Source: a bacterium
Lineage (GTDB): Bacteria > Hinthialibacterota > Hinthialibacteria > Hinthialibacterales > Hinthialibacteraceae
Direction of reading: 5' to 3'
Assembly (NCBI GenBank): GCA_041946805.1
Contig: JBHGBC010000017.1
Coordinates: 1 to 54,913, forward strand
DNA: 54,913 nt
The notes beneath the pieces were generated by a model. The model was given only the letters and a program-made list of their open reading frames with translations. It did not search any database and was not told the origin of the DNA. Within the stretch, counting starts at the first letter, position 1. Each line of letters opens with the position of its first letter. The position numbers and the translations under genes were made by a program. Below, piece by piece: positions 1-9,018 of this stretch.

Positions 1-597
1 CCTGGTCACCGATTTCTGGGCGGCCTACGACGCCATCCTCGGGGGCTTGCATCAGTGTTTCTTGTTCCACCTGCTCAACGAGTTGGTCAAGGTGGATCAG
101 CGTAACAACGCCGAAGAGTGGCAAATGTTCGCGCGGAAAACTCAGCGGCTGATCCAAAACACGCTGCGGTTGCGGCCGCGGGCCGATTTCATGCCAGGAA
201 CGCTATGCTTCGCGCATCAAGCGGATGTACCAACGCTTGTTGGATTTGGCGTTGGCCCGCTACACGGACGCCGACGCGCGCCGCCTGGCCGCGCGGCTGG
301 AGAAATACCGGGATGAACTCTTCACGTTTCTGAGTCATCCGGAGGTTCCCGCGCCCAACAACCACGGAGAGCGCGAGATCAGCTCAGCGGTGAAGATCCG
401 CAAGATCATGTACGGCAACCGCAGCGACGAGGGCGCGTTGACCCAAGGGGTTTTGATTAACCTAGCCTATTCCACACCTTGAAACGGCGCGGTTACAATC
501 CCATCACGATCCACGTGGCCGCCCTGCGGGAGTACGTCCGCACCGGGCACCTGCCGCCTTTCCCACCCGTGTGCACTTCAGAAGAGTGACCTGTTAC
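1..597 (+). mobile_element. IS66-family element, 3' end; transposase C-terminus broken by two frameshifts (partial at window edge)
   Basis: Three successive frames give LVTDFWAAYD...HQCFLFHLLNEL, then ERYASRIKRMYQRLL...ELFTFLSHPEVPAPNNHGEREI..AVKIRK...NRSDEGA, then SLFHTLKRRGYNP...SEE* (stop 587-589). These resemble IS66 TnpC motifs (D-x-Y-x-x-Y, HQxCxxH, NNxxER). The element ends in ...CTGTTAC at 591-597; IS66 termini read 5'-GTAA. Frameshifts are near 195 and 460. Confidence 0.8.
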
Positions 598-801
598 CAA
601 TTCGTCAGTATGGACATAATTTCTGATTCGGAAACGCAATCCCTCGTGTCTCCTTCTTCCATGGCCAGCGCGAATTTCATGTCCAGGATGGCCTCGGTGA
701 CGATCCCTTCCAACCAAGTTTCCGTTCATTAGCACGCTGCCAACGGCTTCCTCGATCAATTTCTCGAGTTCAGACATGGAAAGGTGCTGTGTTGAATCCA
801 T
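594..801 (-). pseudogene. Small acidic antitoxin-like protein, frameshifted and capped by the IS66 end
   Basis: MDSTQHLSMSELEKLIEEAVGSVLMN, then after a one-base shift near 722 ETWLEGIVTEAILDMKFALAMEEGDTRDCVSESEIMSILTNW*. The stop codon lies inside the IS terminus. It resembles short 'EDxxLxxAxEEG...VSxxEV' proteins seen upstream of RelE-type toxins (recognised from memory). Confidence 0.45.
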
Positions 802-845
802 GGGCTTTTAATCCGCTAGCGTGGAATTCTCGTTATATTAATTCT

Positions 846-1979
846 TCACTGGTACCATTCCACGATCCGTTTCACCACCACCTCTTGCTGTTCACCGGTG
901 AGTTCGGGGTAGATGGGCAGGGCCAGGGTGCGGTTCGCCGCGTGCTCGCTGACCGGCAGGTCTCCCTCGCGGTAGCCCAGGCGCGCGAAACATTCCTGGA
1001 TGTGCATGGGCACGGGGTAGTAAATCTCGGTCCCGACGCCGTTTTGTTTGAGGTGGGCCATCAGGGCGTCCCGGTTTTCCACCTGGATCACGTATTGATT
1101 GAAGATATGCCGGTTCTGTTTGACGGCGGGCAGTTTGATTTTCGTTCCCGCCAGGCCGGCTTCCTCGAACAAGGCGTCGTATATGCGGGCGTTGCGTTGG
1201 CGGGCCGCGGTCCAGCCGTCCAGATGGCGCAGCTTCACCCGCACGATGGCCGCTTGCAGCGCGTCGAGACGGAAGTTGCCGCCCACGACGCGGTGATAAT
1301 ATTTCGGCTTGGAGCCGTGGGTGCGTAGCATTTTCAACTTGTCGGCCAGGGATTCGTCCTGAGTGACCACCATGCCGCCGTCGCCGTATCCGCCCAGGTT
1401 TTTGGAGGGGAAGAAGGAGAAGCAGCCCATGGTTCCCATCGATCCGGCGCGGCGTCCCTGATACTCGGCTCCGATGGCCTGAGCGGCATCCTCGATGACA
1501 AACAGATTATGCCGCCGCGCGATGTCCAGGATGGGATCCATTTCCGCGCATTGGCCGTAGAGATGCACGGGGATGATGGCCTTGGTTTTGGGGGTGACGG
1601 CCGTTTCGATCCGTGCTGGATCGATATTGTAGGTGTCTGGTTCGATATCCACGAAGACCGGTTTGGCGCCGAGGCGGTGAATGACGCCGGCGGTGGCGAA
1701 GAAGGTGTAGGGCGTGGTGATGACTTCGTCGCCGGGTTGGATATCCAGGGCCATCAGGGCGATGAGCAGCGCGTCGGTTCCGGACGAGACGCCCACCCCG
1801 AAGCGGCATTGGGAATATTCCGCGATTTCCCGTTCCAGGGCCTGCACTTCCGGCCCCAGAATGAAATGCTGGGATTCCAGAACCCGGTTGATGGCGGCCT
1901 GGATTTCCTCGCGGATGGTTTGATATTGCGCCTGGAGATCCAGCAGGGGGACAGACAGGGTGGTTGGGGTGGAGGTCAT
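846..1979 (-). CDS. DegT/DnrJ/EryC1/StrS PLP aminotransferase (WbpE-like)
   Basis: [42 protein letters not shown] (PLP lysine), [10 protein letters not shown]. Confidence 0.95.
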   Translation of the reverse strand: MTSTPTTLSVPLLDLQAQYQTIREEIQAAINRVLESQHFILGPEVQALEREIAEYSQCRFGVGVSSGTDALLIALMALDIQPGDEVITTPYTFFATAGVIHRLGAKPVFVDIEPDTYNIDPARIETAVTPKTKAIIPVHLYGQCAEMDPILDIARRHNLFVIEDAAQAIGAEYQGRRAGSMGTMGCFSFFPSKNLGGYGDGGMVVTQDESLADKLKMLRTHGSKPKYYHRVVGGNFRLDALQAAIVRVKLRHLDGWTAARQRNARIYDALFEEAGLAGTKIKLPAVKQNRHIFNQYVIQVENRDALMAHLKQNGVGTEIYYPVPMHIQECFARLGYREGDLPVSEHAANRTLALPIYPELTGEQQEVVVKRIVEWYQ

Positions 1980-2004
1980 GGTTGCACTCTTTAGTTAGTA
2001 TAGA

Positions 2005-2478
2005 TCAGGCGCGTTGCTCCAAAAAAACGGCGAATGCTTCAAGTTCATTGCGGACATGATTATATACCGAGGGTAATTGAACTACCATTTTCTGGATTTT
2101 CGCGGATTCAAATTCAAAAGAATATACATTTCGAACCACCTGCCGGAAGCCCCGATACTCATTCAATTGTTCATGGAGAGATTCCGAGATCACGGCGGGA
2201 CGCACCGACGGCTGTTCCGTGGCCATTCGAATCAACAAGGTTTGATGCCAATTTTCTCCCGCAGGCCGGAACCCATCAACGTGAATGGCTATCAATTCGA
2301 AAATCCGCTCTAATCCAGCATAAAAGCCATGCATGTTGAGAGCCACGCCATCAAGATAATAGTCATCGGATGATTGCTGAAATCGCCGCCACCCTTCCGA
2401 AACACGTCCTGTTAACCGATCCAGATCGGCTAAGACAGATCGAATACGCCTTGCGATACGCAACAACCGGCCGTTCAG
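2005..2478 (-). CDS. HEPN/HepT-like ribonuclease toxin of an MNT-HEPN pair
   Basis: ALNMHGFYAGLERIFELIA..VDG..P.GENWHQTLL..M......RPAVIS...YRGFRQVVRNVY. Directly downstream of the MNT gene. An in-frame CTG at 2478 overlaps the MNT stop (CTGA); the ORF track starts at TTG 2466. Confidence 0.85.
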   Translation of the reverse strand: MNGRLLRIARRIRSVLADLDRLTGRVSEGWRRFQQSSDDYYLDGVALNMHGFYAGLERIFELIAIHVDGFRPAGENWHQTLLIRMATEQPSVRPAVISESLHEQLNEYRGFRQVVRNVYSFEFESAKIQKMVVQLPSVYNHVRNELEAFAVFLEQRA

Positions 2479-2864
2479 ATTTCGACACCTTCCCGTTCAA
2501 TGCATTCTCGAAGCAGAGGTTTACATGATAACGGATCGATTAAATCAATTTTGAAATCCCCACTCAAACCGGTCACAGCGGCAATTGCAATGAAAAACCG
2601 ATCCGGGGGGATATCCCATGCCGCGAGATCGATATCTGACCACGGGCCAAAATCGTCTTTCCGAGTGACAGAGCCGAATAGGACTACTTTTCGTGCTCCA
2701 AACTGATTCCGCAGGATGCGAGAAGCTTGTTTAGCAATCCTTAACGCCTGTTGCTTACGCAATCTCAAAGACTGACTATCAAACCATTCCGCTTTGGGAT
2801 AGTGATACCCTGGATAATAGGTATTCCATTCCGTTTTGTTCAAATCCAGTACGGTTTTGGCCAT
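2475..2864 (-). CDS. Minimal nucleotidyltransferase (MNT) antitoxin
   Basis: VVLFGSVTRKDDFGPWSDIDLA (GS-x10-DxD), KIDLID, IEREGVEI C-terminus; 129 aa. Confidence 0.9.
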   Translation of the reverse strand: MAKTVLDLNKTEWNTYYPGYHYPKAEWFDSQSLRLRKQQALRIAKQASRILRNQFGARKVVLFGSVTRKDDFGPWSDIDLAAWDIPPDRFFIAIAAVTGLSGDFKIDLIDPLSCKPLLRECIEREGVEI

Positions 2865-2885
2865 GATGGTAATTCGTCATCCTCG

Positions 2886-3509
2886 TTAACTGTCTCCCAG
2901 AGCCTGGTCTTCCGGCCAATCGAGGCACCGGACCACGCCCGGTTCGATTTCCCGGTACCGCCATCCGCTTTCGGGGCAGACCATGATTCCGTCCCCGTCC
3001 GGGGCGGGGAGGCGGCGCCCGTGACGGCTCATCCATCCCGCCCGGCGCGCCGGAACTCCCATCATGAGGGCGTAATCGGGAGCATCCGAGGTCACGACGG
3101 CGCCCGCGGCGATGAAGGCGTACCGTCCGATGGTATGGCCGCAAACAATGGTGGCGTTGGCGCCCACGGACGCGCCCCGCCGGATCAGCGTTTGTTCATA
3201 CAAATGATGGCGGACGATCTGGCTGCGGGGATTGGTCACATTCGTCAACACGCAGGACGGCCCCAGAAAGACATCATCCTCGATGACGCAGCCGGTATAC
3301 AAGGATACATTGTTTTGGATTTTCACATTGTCGCCGATGACCACGTCACTCGCGACATGGACGTTCTGTCCCAGAATGCAGCGTTGCCCGATCCGGGCGT
3401 TTTTCATGACATGGCAAAAATGCCAAATCTTGGTCCCGGCGCCGATTTCACAGGGTTCGTCCACATAGGCGGATTCATGGACAAAGAAATGATTCACGGA
3501 TTGAGTCAT
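2886..3509 (-). CDS. Hexapeptide-repeat N-acetyltransferase (WbpD/WlbB-like)
   Basis: HESAYVDEPCEIGAGTKIWHFCHVM, LGQNV, KIQNNVSLY, FLGPSCVLTNVTNPRS, GVPARRAGWM, C-terminal CPESG. Confidence 0.93.
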   Translation of the reverse strand: MTQSVNHFFVHESAYVDEPCEIGAGTKIWHFCHVMKNARIGQRCILGQNVHVASDVVIGDNVKIQNNVSLYTGCVIEDDVFLGPSCVLTNVTNPRSQIVRHHLYEQTLIRRGASVGANATIVCGHTIGRYAFIAAGAVVTSDAPDYALMMGVPARRAGWMSRHGRRLPAPDGDGIMVCPESGWRYREIEPGVVRCLDWPEDQALGDS

Positions 3510-3534
3510 GTCACAGGCTCCCCTTTCCCGGATA

Positions 3535-4560
3535 TCAGGCAGAATCCGGCTCTCCTCCGATCATCTTCCCATTCGCTTTCAGCGACCGGCCCGCTTTTTC
3601 CAGCACACGAATCACCCGCAGTCCGTCGTGGCCGTCGCTGCGGGGTGTTTCGCCGGTTCGCACGCAATCTACAAAATGCTGCAGTTCCTTATTCAACGGT
3701 TCATAGTTATCAATGACCGGGATCTGGATTTCGCCATGCCGGACGGATATGGCTTCAATGCTGTTGGCGTTGGACCATTGAACGATGGCGCTTTTGTCAT
3801 ACACCCGGATTTTTTCGCTGGGATGCATGTCATCGAACACCGCCATTTTTTTGGAACCCACCACAACCAGTTTCCGTTCCTTGTGGGGATCGAGCCAGGA
3901 GACATGGATTTGCGCCATACGGCCTTGAGGAAATTGAAGATAGACAAACACCACGTCTTCGATTCCCGGTTGCAGCAAGGCCTGGCCGGACGCGGTGATC
4001 CTCTCCGGTTCGCACCCCAGTAAATACAAAATAACCGAGATATCATGGGGCGCCAGCGACCAGAGGGCGTTTTCCTCCTTGCGGACCACACCCAGATTGA
4101 GGCGCTTGGAATATAAATATAACAGGTCGCCCAGGTCGCCCTTGTCGATCAAGGATTTGAGATAGTGGACGGCCGGATGGTATTCCAGCAAGTGCCCCAC
4201 CATCAACGTCCGGACGGCCGTCTCGGCCTGCTGGACCAAGGTTTCGGCCTCGGCCACCGTCAGGGTCATGGGTTTTTCAACGTAAACGTGTTTACCCGCC
4301 CGAAGGGCTTCCGAGGCCATCCCAAAATGCTGCGGGGCCGGGGTGGCCAACAATACGGCGTCAATCCCGGCTTCCATCAGAAGATCGTGATACGATGTGT
4401 AGGTTTTCACGCCTGGAAATTGTGATGCAAATTTATGCAAGACGCTGGAGTTGGTGTCGCAGATCGCCCGCAGCTCCGCGTCCGGAATCTGGCTGCCCGC
4501 ACGCAAAATATTCTTCCCCCATCCTCCCAAACCAACACACGCTATTTTGACTTTATCCAC
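3535..4560 (-). CDS. Gfo/Idh/MocA NAD-dependent oxidoreductase (WbpB-like)
   Basis: VGLGGWG Rossmann motif, HVYVEKPM, SLAPHDIS, VSWLDPHKER. The GTG at 4560, preceded by GGAG, is preferred over the ORF-track start at 4593. Confidence 0.9.
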   Translation of the reverse strand: MDKVKIACVGLGGWGKNILRAGSQIPDAELRAICDTNSSVLHKFASQFPGVKTYTSYHDLLMEAGIDAVLLATPAPQHFGMASEALRAGKHVYVEKPMTLTVAEAETLVQQAETAVRTLMVGHLLEYHPAVHYLKSLIDKGDLGDLLYLYSKRLNLGVVRKEENALWSLAPHDISVILYLLGCEPERITASGQALLQPGIEDVVFVYLQFPQGRMAQIHVSWLDPHKERKLVVVGSKKMAVFDDMHPSEKIRVYDKSAIVQWSNANSIEAISVRHGEIQIPVIDNYEPLNKELQHFVDCVRTGETPRSDGHDGLRVIRVLEKAGRSLKANGKMIGGEPDSA

Positions 4561-4597
4561 CGTTTCCGCTCCATGCCCAAGGTGTTTTCCCAATGCT

Positions 4598-6658
4598 TCA
4601 ATCCTTGCTTTCCGGGTAGACGGGCCGGAATCCGTAATAGTAAAGCCCCGCGGCCTGGCGGGATCGGCTGCTCAGCATATTCCCCTCCCACACCACCCGT
4701 TCCGGGAGGATCAGGGTGGTGAGGGTTTCGCCCTCGTGTCCCGGGATCGTCAGAAACAGGCTTTCAATGCGGTCCGGCGAGGTCAGGTTCACCAGCCCGC
4801 TGGCCGCGGTCCGGTGATGCGAATCCACAATATGTACCCGCACGGGTTGGGGCCGGTTCGGGCTGACGTCCTGAAACGCGGAACGAAGGCGGAATTCGAT
4901 CGTCGACCGGGGCATGGGGATGTCCACGGATTCCCGTAAGATCCGGCCGACTTTCAAATACCGGTGCCCGTTGCCGTCGAAGTCATATCCATAGGATTCC
5001 GTATGAGTATTTTGGTAATCCAGGCCAGCCAATCGGGATTCCGATAACGATACAGACCACAAGGTACCCTGCGTCAGGAGGAGGAAACCCAGGGGAAGGA
5101 GAAACCAGACCGGCGGAGCTTGCCGGTTCCAACCGTCCGCCAGGGACCGGGGCGACGGCCCCGCCAGGGCGGCTCCCAGCAAAAGCGCATAGAGCCACAA
5201 GATTTCCTGCTGCAAAAGCGATTGTCCCACTCCATTACAGAACCAAAAAACCGCCAATCCCAGGGGCAAGGGATGGAAAAAGGAAGAAGTCATCCAAATC
5301 CAGAGAGGCAACACAGCCAGGGCGGATACCGGCAACAAGGCGGTCAGGCCGAGCTCGGCGAGCATCTGGAGCCAGTAACAATGGGCGTTCTCCATGAACG
5401 AGATGGCCTGATATAAAGGGGTTCCCGTCATCCGGTAATAGGAACCCGTGCCCATTCCCGCCCCCCAAGAGTCCAGAAACATGCGCCCCGCGGCCGTCCA
5501 CAATTTCAGGCGGGCGACCAACGTCAATGATCCGCTTTGGGTCTCGCTGTTTTTCTCTTCCTGAAGGTACTCACTGGTGGCCGTGAGGACGTTCGTCAAT
5601 TGTTCCACCTTGGCGGAGACATGGGGCGTCAGGCTGACCACTAGGAACCAGATGAGGGGAATTGAGGCTACTAATGCGGCCTTGGTTTTCCAATTGTTCC
5701 AACGGAGCGGTGATGACCGGAAAGGCGAATGGAGCAAGAGACCCCCGGCACACACCAAGCCCAGCATCATGATGGCCCGCGAGGCGGAAAGGATGATCCC
5801 CATGATGTAGAGAAGGCATAATATAAAATAATACGCATTTTGCCTGCGGGATAGCGAATCATTCATCCCGGCCAGCACCATTACCAGCGCCACCAGGCAG
5901 AAACTGGCGAAACTTTCGTTTTCATGAAACGTGCTCTGTAAATAGAAAGCCGGATTCCCCCATTTGGAGTAGCCGATGCCGGCCGCGCACTGGATCACGC
6001 CATACAGAGCGGCGGCGCCGAGAGAAAGGCAAAAGGCGCGGACCATGGCCGGGAGGATGGACGGCTGGGGAATCAACCGCTGCGTGTAATAAACCATGCA
6101 CCAGGCCAACGACACCCGCAGAGCGGCGGTCAGGGGGAAAAACTCGTCCGCCATGCCCCACACTGGGGCGAACGCCAGTTTGACGGCCAGGAGTTGAAGC
6201 GGCATCACGGGCGAAGTGGCCAGGTTCCGGTACAACGCCGGGAAAACGCCCACTAGCGCCAGAACCGCCCATAGGCCGAAAATGCACAGCAACAACCGTT
6301 CGGCAGGTGTCCGGGCTTTTGGCGCGAGGGGGAACCGCCCCGGCGCGATGAAGTTCAATAGCACCTTCCAAATCCAGCCCCATAAAACGGAGATCAACAC
6401 GATTTCCGCGTACGGCAGGTAGGGGGGGGCGTGGTCTCCGAAAAAAGTGTTCAGATGACGGCCCAGCGAAAGGGTCAGGGGGGTGAGGAAAACGGCGGTG
6501 ATGGCTCCCCGCCCGGGATGGCGGCACGCCGTAACGGTCAAGACGCCGATCAACACCGCGGCGATCCCATTCGCGGGAAACGGTTGTAAAACGTAAGAAA
6601 AGAGGTACCACAAACACAAGCCGAACGGCAAAAGATGGAAAAGCGGCGTATATTTCAT
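4598..6658 (-). CDS. O-antigen ligase/polymerase family (Wzy_C) multi-pass membrane protein with soluble C-terminal domain
   Basis: Many hydrophobic segments; STFHENESFA, LSASRA, ARLKLWTAAGRMF...GMGTGSY...ENAHCYWLQMLAELG. Start uncertain (6658 or 6685). Confidence 0.8.
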   Translation of the reverse strand: MKYTPLFHLLPFGLCLWYLFSYVLQPFPANGIAAVLIGVLTVTACRHPGRGAITAVFLTPLTLSLGRHLNTFFGDHAPPYLPYAEIVLISVLWGWIWKVLLNFIAPGRFPLAPKARTPAERLLLCIFGLWAVLALVGVFPALYRNLATSPVMPLQLLAVKLAFAPVWGMADEFFPLTAALRVSLAWCMVYYTQRLIPQPSILPAMVRAFCLSLGAAALYGVIQCAAGIGYSKWGNPAFYLQSTFHENESFASFCLVALVMVLAGMNDSLSRRQNAYYFILCLLYIMGIILSASRAIMMLGLVCAGGLLLHSPFRSSPLRWNNWKTKAALVASIPLIWFLVVSLTPHVSAKVEQLTNVLTATSEYLQEEKNSETQSGSLTLVARLKLWTAAGRMFLDSWGAGMGTGSYYRMTGTPLYQAISFMENAHCYWLQMLAELGLTALLPVSALAVLPLWIWMTSSFFHPLPLGLAVFWFCNGVGQSLLQQEILWLYALLLGAALAGPSPRSLADGWNRQAPPVWFLLPLGFLLLTQGTLWSVSLSESRLAGLDYQNTHTESYGYDFDGNGHRYLKVGRILRESVDIPMPRSTIEFRLRSAFQDVSPNRPQPVRVHIVDSHHRTAASGLVNLTSPDRIESLFLTIPGHEGETLTTLILPERVVWEGNMLSSRSRQAAGLYYYGFRPVYPESKD

Positions 6659-6696
6659 AAAGACAGGGTCACTGTTCGCAGACACGAAGAAAATGC

Positions 6697-6783
6697 GAAT
6701 TCCGCCCTACTAGGGCTTCCCTCACCCCAACCCTCTCCCGAGGGGTGAGGGTATTTTGTAGGGGCGGACCTATGTGTCCGTCC
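6697..6783. repeat. Cluster of REP-like palindromes
   Basis: GAATTCCGCCCTAC (6697-6710), CCCTCACCCCAACCCTCTCCCGAGGGGTGAGGG (6719-6751) and GTAGGGGCGGACCTATGTGTCCGTCC (6758-6783); related copies occur elsewhere in the window. Confidence 0.8.
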
Positions 6784-6827
6784 GAATAACTCAATTCCCG
6801 GGTGGGCCGTAAATAATTTCTCTCATC

Positions 6828-8081
6828 TCAGGTTTTGATGAATTCCCGCAGCGATTTCCAATATTCTTTCATCACGAGAAAGAAGCCAGTGAACAAAAAG
6901 GCTCCGATGAAGGTTAGGATGGAAAATTTTACCGTTCCCTTACTGGCCGGTTCGACGAAGGGTTCATCCAGGATCATGATCGAACGGGCCTGCTTCTGGG
7001 CTTCGATCTGCGCCGCGGCCAGCTGCTTGTTGAACAATTCAGCCCGGCTCCGCAGCATGGCGAGTTGTTGCTGGTAGTCATCCACCTTGAATTTCAAGTT
7101 CTCATAATCGGAAAGGGCGGGGAATACCCCGTCCTTGTCCTTTCCCTCCAGCAGTTTCTGGAGAGATTCCCGCATGGCTTCCAAGGTCTTCTGCAGGGGG
7201 ATGAGTTGCACATTCTCTTCGCCAAACTCTTCCCGTTTGCGGGTCAGTTCGTTTTCCGCCGTGAGAATATCTTGCTTGAGCTTCCCCAGCAAAGCCGTCC
7301 CCGCCGTGAACTGATTCTCCAGGTCGGTGATGTTGTTCTGAGAAGCGAAATGGATGTAGTCCGACGAGGTGGCCTGGATAGCCTGGGTGACGTCATCGAT
7401 CCATTTTTTGATTTGCAGGATCGATTCTTCCGCCCGGGTTTTCATCATGTTTTTGAAATACCCGTTGGTTTCCTTGATGCTGGAATCGACAATCAGCGTG
7501 CTCAGGTTGGGATCGGGAGTCACGGCTTGGATCTCCAGGCCGACCTGGCGGATTTCACGCACGATATAGACCGCTCCCAGTTTGTCCAGGCATTCGCGTT
7601 CGTCTTGACATTCCCACCGGTTCAGTAAATCGGCCTTTTCAAGAATGCCCCGCTTGACTTGGGAAGACTCCGCCAAGGTTCTGATCTGGCTGAGTTGGGA
7701 GGCAAACGGCAGGCTCAGCGTTTCCGTGTCCGCCGATTTCAACTGGATCAGATCGATCGAGGTCAGGTCCCGCATGACATCCGGCGCGATGACCGCCTTG
7801 CAGACATATTCGCGTGGAGTAAGGAGAAACAGGTATCCCCCAACCGCCGCCGCGGCCAGGCAGGAAACCAGGAACACGGTTTTCATCCGGGGCAGCAGGA
7901 TGGTGAGCAGGCGGATCATGGTTTCATCGACGGGAAGTTCATCTTCCTCCCGGAGAGGGCGGATGTCCGTCGGATTCGCTGCGTCCCAGGACGGTTGATC
8001 GGATCCGGTATCGGCGGCCATCTTGGGCGGTTTGGCTTTCAGGGATTGTTTCGTCGGGGTCTGGGATGATTTTTGTTTCAT
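6828..8081 (-). CDS. Polysaccharide co-polymerase / chain-length determinant (Wzz/GumC-like), no kinase domain
   Basis: Two TM segments flank a long coiled-coil periplasmic region; LTPREYVCKAVI after TM1 and IMILDEPFVEP before TM2; no Walker A. Confidence 0.8.
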   Translation of the reverse strand: MKQKSSQTPTKQSLKAKPPKMAADTGSDQPSWDAANPTDIRPLREEDELPVDETMIRLLTILLPRMKTVFLVSCLAAAAVGGYLFLLTPREYVCKAVIAPDVMRDLTSIDLIQLKSADTETLSLPFASQLSQIRTLAESSQVKRGILEKADLLNRWECQDERECLDKLGAVYIVREIRQVGLEIQAVTPDPNLSTLIVDSSIKETNGYFKNMMKTRAEESILQIKKWIDDVTQAIQATSSDYIHFASQNNITDLENQFTAGTALLGKLKQDILTAENELTRKREEFGEENVQLIPLQKTLEAMRESLQKLLEGKDKDGVFPALSDYENLKFKVDDYQQQLAMLRSRAELFNKQLAAAQIEAQKQARSIMILDEPFVEPASKGTVKFSILTFIGAFLFTGFFLVMKEYWKSLREFIKT

Positions 8082-8272
8082 AACTCCGCCTGGCGTGAAT
8101 GCGTTACGTTGAAGGGATTCGGATTTGTCTGCTTTCTGATCGGCGTTTTCGGGACCGGGACAGGCTTCGCCCCCATCATGGTAATCACGTTTACCATAAT
8201 TAACACCTTGATAAATAATAACTTAAAGCACATCAAAAAGACGCGGACCCAAGATTCACAGCCGTTCGACAT
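8078..8272 (-). CDS. Possible small membrane peptide between the nusG paralogue and wzz
   Basis: 64-aa ORF with one hydrophobic stretch. It overlaps the upstream gene end and its TGA overlaps the wzz ATG (ATGA). Confidence 0.3.
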   Translation of the reverse strand: MSNGCESWVRVFLMCFKLLFIKVLIMVNVITMMGAKPVPVPKTPIRKQTNPNPFNVTHSRQAEL

Positions 8273-8840
8273 CCTCCGCGTCGACCTCTATGGTAATGCT
8301 TTGACCGATGGTTTCAACATCCAGAATCACTTTGCATAGGCCCCGCCGCTTCATGACCTTGCCGGTCAGGCCCATTCCCGGTCCGGATACGATCCGGCAT
8401 AAGGTTCCGGTTTGCAAGGCTTTGTAGGGATCGATTTTCAAACCGGAATGGATGGCCTGTAAAACCTGTCCTAATTCGTGCTTGAGCTGTGCTTGGTTAT
8501 CGACAGCGATGATCCGGGCGGTACGGCCCGTATGCAACACGGCCCGCCGTTCCGTTTGGCCTCCTCCGAAAAAAAGATAGCCGGGGAACAGGGGAACTTT
8601 GGTTAACATCCTACGGTTCTTGATTTTACGATGCCGGTCCACCATGGGCAGAAAATAGGGCACATCGGCCGAGCGGAGGTCCTTGGAGATCTTGCGCTCC
8701 TGGTGGGATTTCAGGTGGACGACCCACCATTGCAGGTCCGAGTCGAATGACTCAAAATTGTAGACGCTGACGATATCTTCCATCTTGCCGGACGGTTTCT
8801 GGAACGACGGGAACCATTCCAGGGTTTCCTGAACCGCCAT
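8256..8840 (-). CDS. NusG-paralogue transcription antiterminator (RfaH/UpxY-like)
   Basis: WWVVHLKSHQERK, YFLPM, VPLFPGYLFF (NGN domain); GTLCRIVSGPGMGLTGKV (KOW). It heads the glycan operon. ATG 8840 preferred over 8939. Confidence 0.9.
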   Translation of the reverse strand: MAVQETLEWFPSFQKPSGKMEDIVSVYNFESFDSDLQWWVVHLKSHQERKISKDLRSADVPYFLPMVDRHRKIKNRRMLTKVPLFPGYLFFGGGQTERRAVLHTGRTARIIAVDNQAQLKHELGQVLQAIHSGLKIDPYKALQTGTLCRIVSGPGMGLTGKVMKRRGLCKVILDVETIGQSITIEVDAEDVERL

Positions 8841-9018
8841 GATCTTATAGCCCCTGCGGTTTGGAATCAAGAACTTCTTGTTTATAATCCCGATCCATGA
8901 AATAAATAATTGAATTGATTGTACAAATGAATATATCATTATTAGGAGTCAACGCATCATTTTTTATATGAAAGTGGCATGCGAACTGGTACAGGGGAGG
9001 CGAGGGCGAAAAGGGGAG

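Noticed and set aside
8841..9018. ops/JUMPStart element for the NusG paralogue
   Set aside because: No GGCGGTAG-like sequence seen on the coding strand upstream of the operon.
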